This document shows, one piece after another, positions 49,441-59,100 of a stretch of 64,000 nucleotides of DNA (positions within the stretch are counted from its first letter, which is position 1; every line of letters begins with the position of its first letter). The notes beneath the pieces were generated by a model. That model had not been told where the DNA came from. It was given only the letters and a program-made list of their open reading frames with translations, and did not search any database. Source of the stretch: Nitrospirota bacterium (GTDB taxonomy: Bacteria; Nitrospirota; UBA9217); the NCBI GenBank assembly GCA_963845065.1, contig CAWJQQ010000009.1, positions 128,001 to 192,000 on the forward strand. The letters are read 5' to 3'. The position numbers and the translations under genes are program-made.

Positions 49441-50082
49441 CTAATCCTCCGCATACCCGATCGTCTGTCCGAAAAGCGGGCGCTGATGCGACTTCAGCTT
49501 GATCTCTTTCGCGAATGCAGCCTTGGCGCAATTGTGAAACCACGAAGCCAGCCCGAGCGAAGCTGATGCCAGATACACGTTCTGAGCGATGAGACCGGTG
49601 TCGACGAAGTAGTATGACTTCTGAATCTCCGGATCATGGAGTCCCGGTTCGTCGAACCCTGCTTTTTTGAATCTGTCGATATCGACGACGTAAACGAAGC
49701 GAACGGGAGCGTTTGCCCCGGCCATTTGCTGCCCGGGCCCAATCGCCAGGGCGCGGCTGTCCCCGGAGGCAACCGGAGACAGCCGGTGAGGCTCAGGTTC
49801 ATACAGATACGTCCCTTCCTCCATGGCGACATAGATGCTGATCTCCTGTGAATTGCTGGCCGAGCCCGCGGTCCTTCCCGGTCCGCCGAAAGGTCCTGTG
49901 AGGCGGTTGACGCCCTGTGCCACCCAGAGGATGTCAGAAAGAATCTGCAGGAAGATCTTCTTGCCGCTGATGGAGCGGGAAGTCCTTCTGGCCTTCAGTG
50001 CTTCAAAGACCGTCAGGCAGCGGTCAAAGATCGGTTCGGGAAGTGCAATGGGCTGAAGATCTCTGCTCGGGCTCTTGTTCAT
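49441..50082 (-). CDS. Nitroreductase family protein (SagB-like)
   Basis: EALKARRTSR, ILWVAQGVNR, RTAGSASN, VDTGLIAQNVYL. Confidence 0.88.
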   Translation of the reverse strand: MNKSPSRDLQPIALPEPIFDRCLTVFEALKARRTSRSISGKKIFLQILSDILWVAQGVNRLTGPFGGPGRTAGSASNSQEISIYVAMEEGTYLYEPEPHRLSPVASGDSRALAIGPGQQMAGANAPVRFVYVVDIDRFKKAGFDEPGLHDPEIQKSYYFVDTGLIAQNVYLASASLGLASWFHNCAKAAFAKEIKLKSHQRPLFGQTIGYAED

Positions 50083-50105
50083 GACATTCCTCCGGGTCTA
50101 CGCGT

Positions 50106-50858
50106 TCACCAGGAAGGCTTCAACAGACGGCCCTCCGATGCGCCGCGAGGTTCGGAAAGTATTTTCGCTCCGTCTCCATGGAATATCATCTCAACATCGT
50201 TTTCCAGTCCGCTGATGACGGTCGGGATGTATTCCGAGAGACTGACCCCTCTGTACTTGAGATTGGCTGCGTCACGTCCTTCCTTGTTCAAACCGGTGTC
50301 GACCATGGTCGGAACGATTTCAATGACCCTGACTGATGTGTCCCTGAGCTGCTGCCGCAGCACGAGGGTGTAGGCGTGAATCGCGGCCTTTGTCGCGCTG
50401 TAGATAGGCATATTGACCATCGGCATGAAGCCGAGCCCTGAACTCACATTGATGATTGCGGCAGACGGTCTTTTCATCAGGTGACCTATGAAGAGGGCCG
50501 TCAGCTCAACCGCGGAAACGAAATTGATCGCGATCTCATCTTCTCCTGACTTGAGTTCGTCATAACCTTTTTTCAGATCGACATATCTCTGGATGCCCGC
50601 GTTATTGACCAGGATGTCGAGGTCGGGGAAACGGCGCATGACTTCCGTTGCGAGATTCTTCCTTTGCAGGCCATCCCCGACGTCACAGGCCAAAGCCGTG
50701 ATCTCCAGGGACTTTTCTTCCACGGCTGCCAGCCGTTTTTTGTCGCGTCCGCAGACGATGACCTTGCTTCCGCGTCCGTGAAACGCCTCGGCAATGCCGA
50801 GACCAATGCCGCTGGTGCCTCCTGTTATGAGAACGGTTCTGCCTGATAGTTTCATCAT
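50106..50858 (-). CDS. Short-chain dehydrogenase (DltE-like)
   Basis: ITGGTSGIG, VNNAG, NVSSGL, YSATK. Confidence 0.92.
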   Translation of the reverse strand: MMKLSGRTVLITGGTSGIGLGIAEAFHGRGSKVIVCGRDKKRLAAVEEKSLEITALACDVGDGLQRKNLATEVMRRFPDLDILVNNAGIQRYVDLKKGYDELKSGEDEIAINFVSAVELTALFIGHLMKRPSAAIINVSSGLGFMPMVNMPIYSATKAAIHAYTLVLRQQLRDTSVRVIEIVPTMVDTGLNKEGRDAANLKYRGVSLSEYIPTVISGLENDVEMIFHGDGAKILSEPRGASEGRLLKPSW

Positions 50859-50909
50859 AGCTCCTGATCAAGGGCAAGAGGGCTGATAAGGTCCTTAGCC
50901 GATTCTCTT

Positions 50910-51425
50910 TTAAACCAGCGGTAACAGGCTGCTAAAGTCATTATCAATCCCCATCATCTCTAAATAAAGAGAGATCATTCCCCGATGATGGGTTTGGTGA
51001 TTAAATATATGCAGAATTGAACCGCCGACATTTTTGCTGACCGTTTCTCCTTTTATATTAGCAAATGATATTGTCTTTTCCAGATCGTTTTCCGTAAGCT
51101 CATCCATAAGCATGATCAGTTTTTTATCTATTTCTTCCCTTTTAGAAATGTAGTCAACAACTGCATCGAAAGGCTGAGAACCATAGGTTAAGTTTTGATC
51201 GAAAAGGGGACCTTTAAAATATTGAAAATTCTTGAATTGGCCGAACCTTTTGAGCCAATTGAAATCACTGATATAAATATGGCCGCACAAGTGATTCATT
51301 GTCTTAAAGTATCCCGCAAACTCCCGGTTCCACTGTATGTCACTCAACGTGCGAATTTTGTCGTCCATTTTTTGATTTGCAACGAGATTGTACTGTGCCA
51401 ACAACTTGCATGTCTTGATATCCAT
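50910..51425 (-). CDS. DinB family protein
   Basis: LAQYN, HIYISDFNW, HIFNHQTHHRG. Confidence 0.9.
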   Translation of the reverse strand: MDIKTCKLLAQYNLVANQKMDDKIRTLSDIQWNREFAGYFKTMNHLCGHIYISDFNWLKRFGQFKNFQYFKGPLFDQNLTYGSQPFDAVVDYISKREEIDKKLIMLMDELTENDLEKTISFANIKGETVSKNVGGSILHIFNHQTHHRGMISLYLEMMGIDNDFSSLLPLV

Positions 51426-51598
51426 ATAACCTCCTGATCCGGCATAGGGGGATAGGTACGGCTCTAATCCTTCTTGAATCCTACTGCTATATAGTCGCCG
51501 ATTAAAAATCGTGAACCCGCTGCTATATAGTTTAGCAGAAAAAGATGCTATGTCTGAACTGATGTAGGGTGGGATCTCAGCATTATTGGGAAATTAAC

Positions 51599-52114
51599 TC
51601 AGATTTTTCGGCCCAGAAAATAGACAATGGAATCTCCCGCGACGCAGAAAAGGCCGCCCGCCTGCAAGGCGAGGCCCGATCCCACTCGTTGACCGATGAC
51701 TCCCATCCAAAAGCTTCCAATAGGCATGCTCCCGCCGAAGACCAGTGCCTAGATGTCCATCAGCCTTCCGCGCAGATGATCAGGAGATTGGGTTTGAATG
51801 ATGCTGTTACCGATGGAGAAAAAAATGATGATGCCGAACCCGGCGAAGAAACGAAGAAAGGCCGCTCCGACCGGTTGATGCATGAAACCGAAAAGAATGG
51901 TGAATGCTCCATACATACCCGCGCCGGTATAATGCGTTTTAGTGCGGACGATGCGAGCTCCTTGGGAAGCGAAGAATAAAGCGGCGATGCAGGCGCCTAG
52001 GCCGTTCAGGATCAAAAGCCAGCCATAGCCCTGGGCGTCCATATGCAATTGAGTAACCGCGAAGGCGGATAGTTGTGATTGGTAGGCCCAGCCTCCCAGT
52101 CCCATGATGGTTTC
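51599..52114 (-). pseudogene. MFS transporter C-terminal half, 5'-truncated with internal TAG
   Basis: GYGWLL...NSIIQTQSPDHLRGRLMDI*ALVFGGSMPIGSFWMG...FLGRKI*; continues in frame past the TAG at 51749-51751. Confidence 0.85.
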
Positions 52115-52459
52115 ATCTACAAGTCTGTACAGAGACCGATAAAAAGGAGATGTAGACTACCGCTCGAATTCTATAATTTAATAAAGATGAAACCCAGCAT
52201 ACTTTTAGACGCTCTCATAATTGAAATATTTTATTCTAATCGACATCTGCAAAACTGCATTATTAATGCAAATATCGGACAGTTCGTTTTTATTGCATAC
52301 TATCGAAGTAATAAGGACGGCTCTAGATCTCCGAACCAATTGAAACGAGATATAATAGAATAAATTAATCTGATGAGATTAGATGAGGTGATCCTTCTTG
52401 TTTCCGAGTTCAGAGAAACAGACAGGGTAAAAAGTGTTGCGAAAAGGAGGTCAGATACC

Positions 52460-53023
52460 ATGAATGTTCATGCTAAACCAAGAACTCTTGTCGCATTGCT
52501 CTCCATCACAGCGACATTTTTCATCACAGATCCTGTTGCGAACGCGTTGACAAAGGCTGAGATTGACGTCGGCGTCACAGCGACCCTCTCCCGTTTCCAG
52601 AAGGATATCAAAGGTGGCTCCGAATATCTGAAGGCGTCGAGGGGCGTACTGGTCATGCCACACATCACCAAGGCCGGTTTTATCGTCGGAGGACAGTACG
52701 GCCAAGGCTCCCTTCTTGTCGGTGACAAGACCGTCCAATACTATAGCCTCATATCGGGTTCACTAGGATATCAAATCGGCGCTGAGCAGTACGACATGGT
52801 CATTATTTTTATGACCGACGATGCACTGAATAAATTCCGCAAGAGTAACGGCTGGGAGGCAGGTGTGGACGCCGAAGTAACGCTTGTTCAAGTGGGAGCC
52901 AACATTTCCGTCGAGACCCTCAGGAGTCAGCAACCCATTGCGGGGTTTGTCTTCGATCAGAAAGGTTTGATGGCTGGCGTCTCTATCAAAGGCGCCAAAT
53001 TTACACCGATGCACCCGGAGTAA
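52460..53023 (+). CDS. Ysc84/SYLF-domain exported lipid-binding protein
   Basis: AGGAGG RBS; GVLVMP.ITKAGFIVGGQYGQG, SLGYQIGAE, GLMAGVSIKGAKF. Confidence 0.88.
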   Translation: MNVHAKPRTLVALLSITATFFITDPVANALTKAEIDVGVTATLSRFQKDIKGGSEYLKASRGVLVMPHITKAGFIVGGQYGQGSLLVGDKTVQYYSLISGSLGYQIGAEQYDMVIIFMTDDALNKFRKSNGWEAGVDAEVTLVQVGANISVETLRSQQPIAGFVFDQKGLMAGVSIKGAKFTPMHPE

Positions 53024-53527
53024 GGCATTTTGCGGAAATCACTATACGACATCATGGCGTTCGAATGTATCCAGCATGCAGTACTAATGGACACTATCTT
53101 TCTAGGCTTCCAACATATAGAATTTCGTGCAATATACTCTTACTAGTATAATCTAACCATTCCGTTCCTCGCGACTTCATCCTAAAGAAATCCCAAATTC
53201 AACATTAGAAAAAGGAACTGTGCATATATTAAATGCTATCCTGCCTACCTCAGATAGGGTCGAAGCAATCCCCCCACCTCGGCTATGGTTTCCAATGAGC
53301 CGTAATGTTGGCCTAACTCCGAGAAATGCTGTGTCTGATTTGTTTGCGAATACGAACGCTGCCATCGCGCGGTCTAAAACATATACTTGACTCAGAAAGA
53401 ACATCGCACTATAAGTTACAATCAAAAAATATTTCACTTCAATAAGAACAGAATCTCCCCGATGTTCACCTACAATTGTGTAGTTGTCACCGTTTGAACA
53501 ATCAATAAATACAGCTCGTAAATTCCA

Positions 53528-53586
53528 CATGAACGCGCGGGCGAGGGGCGAGTAGTTCAACGCCCCACTCGACACGCTTGTTGAAA
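53528..53586 (-). repeat. Integron attC-type site
   Basis: Minus strand TTTCAAC-aagcg-TGTCGAGTGGGGCG-ttgaactact-CGCCCCTCGCC-cgcgc-GTTCATG; 59 bp. Confidence 0.75.
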
Positions 53587-53897
53587 ATTATGGTACGAAG
53601 AGTTGAAAAACCCATCAACAAACGAGATTTCCTCCTCACCCCATTTCAGTGAAGACTGACGCGTAAACCGAATGAAACTGCAGGAACGTTGCAACCGACT
53701 GGGCTTTTTTTATTCCAAGCTATAAAACAGGAACCATGATTACCTCCTCTCTTCCCAAAATCTACAACGCGTTTTTTTCTCGTAACACTTGACAGGATTA
53801 GTCTCTGCTGCCATACTGAATTAGTAATACCACGTCAGTTATTTATTACTGCGCTATGCATAACGTGATATTTACCCATTAAAAGGAGGAAAGACTT

Positions 53898-54707
53898 ATG
53901 GCAACAAATAGAGCCAAATTAGTTTTAGCAGTTATAGGTCTAATAGTCTCACTATTGTTATCCACCATAGCTTTTGCTGAAAGCAATAGTGCATCAGAAA
54001 ATCAACAGACCATCAATGATTACAACAAAGCAATAGAACTAAATCCGAAAGATGCAACAGAATATGTTAATCGTGGAATTGCTTATAAAGCTTTAGGGAA
54101 CTATCAGGAGGCTATCAATGATTACAGCAAGGCAATAGAACTAGATCCGAAAGATGCGGATGCATACTACAATCGAGGGAATGCTTATAAAGTTTTACGA
54201 AACTTTAAACAGGCGATCAATGATTACGATAAGGCAATAGAACTAGATCCGAAAGATGCGGATGCATATAGGAATCGCGGGATTGCTTATAAGGTTTTAG
54301 GAAACTATCAGCAGGCTATCAATGATTACAACAAGGCAATAGAACTAAATCCGGAAGGTGCGGATGCGTACTATAATCGTGGGAATGCTTATAAAGCTTC
54401 AGGAAACCTTGAACAGGCTATCAATGATTACAACAAGGCAATAGAACTAGATCCGAAAGATGCGGATGCATACTATAATCGTGGGGTTGCTAATCATGCT
54501 TCAGGAAACCTTGAACATGCAATCAGTGATTACAGCAAGGCAATAGAACTAGATCCGAAAGATGCGGATGCATACTATAATCGTGGGGTTGCTTATCAGA
54601 AATCAGGAAATAACGATATGTTTATCCAAAATCTTAAAATGTCTGCGAAGTTAGGGGATGGGAAAGCCCAGGATTATTTGCGTTCAAAGGGAATTGCATG
54701 GCATTAA
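53898..54707 (+). CDS. Exported tetratricopeptide repeat protein
   Basis: Signal peptide AFA; six 34-aa repeats AINDYNKAIELDPKDADAYYNRG; 102-bp DNA period from 54012. Confidence 0.95.
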   Translation: MATNRAKLVLAVIGLIVSLLLSTIAFAESNSASENQQTINDYNKAIELNPKDATEYVNRGIAYKALGNYQEAINDYSKAIELDPKDADAYYNRGNAYKVLRNFKQAINDYDKAIELDPKDADAYRNRGIAYKVLGNYQQAINDYNKAIELNPEGADAYYNRGNAYKASGNLEQAINDYNKAIELDPKDADAYYNRGVANHASGNLEHAISDYSKAIELDPKDADAYYNRGVAYQKSGNNDMFIQNLKMSAKLGDGKAQDYLRSKGIAWH

Positions 54708-55101
54708 ATTATTGAGCTCTGCATAAATAATGGAAAATATTTATCAGAGAGGGTTGTGCGCATTCCCTTGAATGGGTGCATTGGCCGACTGAGGTTGTTT
54801 GACTGCGTTGTTCCGGACAGAAAGCTTGTCGAACAAAGCACTTTATGCCAAGAAACAAAATAACAACCTGAAGTGGGTACCTGATTAAGTCAGTCACCCA
54901 TTTAAATATATGAGTTCACATGAATTATTTTCGTTCATAATTTGCTAACACGCTCTGAGTATATAAAACGTGGTGTTGGGCTGAAGATTCGCAACTTGCA
55001 CGAGAAGATCGACTGTCTTCTTATGAATCAGTGGCGGCTGATGGATATCTTAGCAGGAAATTGATTCGACCCGAAAGAAACAAAGAAAGGATGACAATAT
55101 T

Positions 55102-55254
55102 ATGAAGAAAAAAATTGGACTATTGGTAATTGTGGTCATGTTGCTCGTATCCAGCGGTTGCTTTCCCTATTGGGGCGGAGGACGTGGGGGCGGCTTTGGC
55201 GGCCATGGAGAACATGGAGAACACTGGGGTGGTGAGCATGGAGGGCGCCGTTAA
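55102..55254 (+). CDS. Small Gly/His-rich lipoprotein (50 aa, below ORF-track cutoff)
   Basis: MKKKIGLLVIVVMLLVSSG-CFPYWGGGRGGGFGGHGEHGEHWGGEHGGRR*; basic N-terminus, hydrophobic core, lipobox-like SSGC; AAAGGA upstream. Confidence 0.7.
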   Translation: MKKKIGLLVIVVMLLVSSGCFPYWGGGRGGGFGGHGEHGEHWGGEHGGRR

Positions 55255-55779
55255 AATACTGCCGGGTCCGGTCAAGTTCGATTAGGTTAGAGGTATTTAC
55301 TTGACTCAATCTATCACAATTTATGGTAGACGCTGTTTCTCGGCGTTTCGCTGAGGGAGCAACGACGTGACTGTAAAACAAACCATTTGCGACGATGCTG
55401 CGATATTCTAAAATCATAAGACCTCAAAATATAGGGGGTGGTTGGGTGATGATGGACTCGGCTTCACTGCCGATTAGATGCAAGGTTCTTATGTATGTTT
55501 AGATTCACTTCATAGTAAATAATTGCTTGCCGTTGCGGGGAACATATCGGGGACATTGTTGCTATCTGTGCTTCCTTTCAATTAAGAAAAGAAAAAATGC
55601 TGGGAGGTTTTTCGGCAAGATGGGAAAATCTCTCAGATGTTATCTAGTTTAGTAAAAGCATGCCAAATCAACACCCTATTTTCAGACACATATATGCCCT
55701 ATTCCAGCCCTTGTCATCGTGTAAAAGTGTATCTACAGTTACACGCTACAGGATTCATATTTAAAGGCGATCGTCGGTG

Positions 55780-56118
55780 CTAACTCTCAACACATTTTAT
55801 GCATCGAGTGTATGTCGGGTCTTCTGAAAGCCGGTGATTCTCAATTTTTTCGCCGCATACAAAGCAGTTACCGTAATCGCCGGCTTCAATTCGGCGAAAC
55901 GCACCTTCAATTTTCCCAAGTTGACGCTTAGGCCCCCTGACTACTTCCTCGGCTATAAGCTGTGCCTGCATGGCTTCCATTCGGGAAAGCTGGACTAAAT
56001 CGGCTTGATCCAGCTCCATGGGTTTTGCTGCTTCTTTCGATGAACCTTCAAGCTTCTGAAGCTCCGATCTAAGACTAAGAAGCTTTTGTTTAAAATGCTC
56101 AATCTCAGTTTCATTCAT
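55780..56118 (-). CDS. DksA/TraR C4-type zinc finger protein
   Basis: Coiled coil then RIEAGDYGNCFVCGEKI...RL..DP...RCIKC. Confidence 0.88.
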   Translation of the reverse strand: MNETEIEHFKQKLLSLRSELQKLEGSSKEAAKPMELDQADLVQLSRMEAMQAQLIAEEVVRGPKRQLGKIEGAFRRIEAGDYGNCFVCGEKIENHRLSEDPTYTRCIKCVES

Positions 56119-56196
56119 TCGCGTCTCCTGTGGGACCGTTAAATCCTTCTTTTTACGACGCAACAAGGTTAACAGTTTTCATTCCTTCTTTTTATT

Positions 56197-59100
56197 CTAG
56201 ATAGGTATTCTTACCTCGACCTTGTGCTCTTGTCGATCGTCAACAAAGGATATCTCATTCCTGCTTTGCAGAGCGCCGTCGACAATCACGCTCGCCATGC
56301 TGTTGTCGCGCAATTGCAGGACGGTGATATGGTAGATGGTTTCTCGGTACCGATAGTGCACCATAAACGAATCCCACTCCTTGGGCAGGCACGGCTCGAA
56401 GCGCAGGCTGTCTGTTTCAAGCCGAAGCCCCAGGAGTGATTCCACGATAAGCCGGTACATCCACCCGGCCGATCCCGTGTACCAAGTCCATCCGCCTCGC
56501 CCGACATGCGGAGGAACCGCATATACGTCGGCGGCGGCAACGTACGGTTCTCCTTTGTAGACCGCGATTTCTTCGGCCGATTTCGCATGGTTTATCGGAT
56601 TGATCATTGCCAGCAAGTCCCATGCGCGTCTGCTATCGCCCAATGCGGCAAAGGCCATTGCCGTCCAGATTGCCGCATGGGTATACTGCCCGCCGTTCTC
56701 CCTTACACCGGGAACGTATCCTTTGATATAGCCTGGATTCAAATTTGATTTATCGAACGGCGGGTCTAGGAGCTGGATGAGATTGTGTTCCCGTCGAACA
56801 AGAAGTTTGTCAACTGATTCCATTGCAGTGCGAGACCGTCCCATATCCCCGGCGCCAGAGAGAACGGACCAGCTTTGCGCAATGGAATCGACGCGGCATT
56901 CGGGATTGTCTGCAGAACCCAGCGGAGAACCGTCGTCAAAAAAAGCACGCATATACCACTCGCCGTCCCATCCGTGCTTCTCGATATTTCCGCGCAGTTG
57001 CTCGGCTTCCTTGCGGCTGCGTTCGGCAAATGACGGATCGCCGTGCAGGAGCGCAATATCAGAAAACCGTACCAGTACTTCATACAAAAAAAATCCGAGC
57101 CAGACGCTTTCGCCCCGGCCTTGAATGCCCACCAGGTTCATGCCGTCGTTCCAATCGCCCGAGCCGATGAGCGGCAGGCCGTGTTCGCCGCGGGTGAGGC
57201 CCCTCAGAATGGCCCGCACACAGTGATCGTAAAGACTTGCCGTTTCTTCAGATGCATGGGGAAGATCGTAATACGAATCCTCGTCCGGGTTTATCGGCCG
57301 GCCCTCGATGAAGCGGACGGTTTCATCCAGCACCCCAGTGTCTCCGGTTAAGAGAACGTAGCGACACACGGCCAGGGGTAGCCAGAGAAAATCGTCCGAA
57401 CAGCGCGTACGTACTCCCCTCCCCGTAGGGGGATGCCACCAATGCTGGACATCTCCCTCCTTGAACTGATGGGCAGCGCAGAGGAGAAGGTGCTCGCGCA
57501 CGAGCCGCGGCTCGGAGAGGATGAGCGCCATCACGTCCTGTAACTGGTCACGGAAACCGAATGCGCCCCCGGACTGATAATATCCGCTCCGCGCCCAGAG
57601 ACGGCATGCTAGAGTCTGATATACGAGCCAGCCGTTGGCCAGCATGTTGACGGATAGGTCGGGCGTTTCCACCTGCACTGCGCCGAGGGTGTGATTCCAA
57701 TACTCCCAGACCTTTTCAAGCGCCCCTCGTGCGGCAACAGATCCACGGAAGCGGCGCACCAGGTTGCCTGCATCATCGGAGTTTCTCCCTGCGCCAAGCC
57801 TGTAGATAATCTCCCGCTCTTGTCCGTCCGTCAGGTCGAAGGGAACCTGGATAGCGGCGCAGGGATCCAGGGCAGCACCTACCCTGCCGGAAAGCCGCGT
57901 ACGCGTTATCGCAGCCGGTCTCCGAAGTACGCCGTTGCGGCCGAGGAACTCAGTCCGGTCGCCGGTAACGGTCCGGGTCGCCTCGCCCGCGTCGAAGAAG
58001 GCGGTCCGATCAACGAACTCGGAGTTATAGGGGTTCCGCGCGAAGATCGCGCCGGTTTTAGGGTCGATTTCAGTGATCACTTGCATTGACGTTTTCGGCC
58101 GCAGATCTCCCAGCACCCATTCCACGTAACCAAAGGCTGAGAGTCTTCGCGGACGGCCCGAACTGTTTTTTACCTTCATTGCCGTAAATTTGATAGACGC
58201 ATCCATTGCAACGTAAACCCAGACCTCCGAGCTGATGCCGTCCTCCATGTGTTCAAAGACGCTGTAACCAAATCCATGGCGCGTGACATAATGCATAATC
58301 CCGCAGTCCGGCAGCGGCAAGGGGGACCAGAAATGGCCGCTCTCTTCATCGCGGAGGTAAAAAGTTTCTCCGCCAGAATCGCTTATTGGATCGTTGTTCC
58401 AGGGAGTGAGGCGGAACTCGTGGGCATTTTCGCTCCAGGTATAAGCAGCTCCGCTCTCAGATATAATTGTCCCGAAATGCGGGTTTGCCAGCACATTCAC
58501 CCAGGGCGCCGGGGTCTTCTGCTCGGCCGCGGTCGTAATGATGTACTCGCGGCCGTCAGGAGTGAATCCTCCGAGGCCGTTAAAAAACAGCAGATCGTTG
58601 CGGGCCATTACCGCGGCAGCCCCGGTTTCAAGTTTGTGGATCCGCTTTGGTATGAGGCGCGGTGCCAAAGCCTTTGCAAGAGCGCGACGGCTTACCTGAT
58701 CCTCAAGCGAGCCGAGGCTGTCGGTAATGACGGCGCGTGCAACTGTTTGAAGCAGGATACGGTCCTCGTTCGATATCTGGTCCACCGGTCTTACGAAGAT
58801 GCCGCCCGGGCGTTCCACTACGTTCGCTTCAACTCCTGCCGCAATGAGCCCCATGATCTGTTCCTGCAGAAGCTGCCGGTAACCGGCGTGATCCTCATTC
58901 CAGATCACGAGGTCCACTGCCAGTCCCTTGAGACGCCAGTACGCGTGGGCTTGTACAAGCTGGCGCACCAGGTCGATATTTGCCGGATCTTCGATCCGTA
59001 AGAGCACGATCGGTAGATCTCCTGAAATGGAGTAGCCCCAGAGACCGGACTGCCCGCGATGGTTCCTGAGGATAACGCCCGGATCAACGCGCAGAGAAGA

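Noticed and set aside
49059..49502. ORFs 49059..49502, 32041..32241, 38876..39154, 39970..40203 and 52079..52363 as genes
   Set aside because: They run across element ends or copies of the dispersed repeat, lack RBS or motif support, and are not collinear as intact proteins.
22834..51751. TAG recoding (pyrrolysine or alternative code) suggested by in-frame TAGs at 22834 and 51749
   Set aside because: TAG ends several intact genes here (12080, 24295, 30997, 48958), and both affected frames are also 5'-truncated, so decay is the simpler explanation.
54012..54623. CRISPR array
   Set aside because: The 102-bp period is an in-frame TPR coding repeat without unique spacers; no cas genes and no other array seen.
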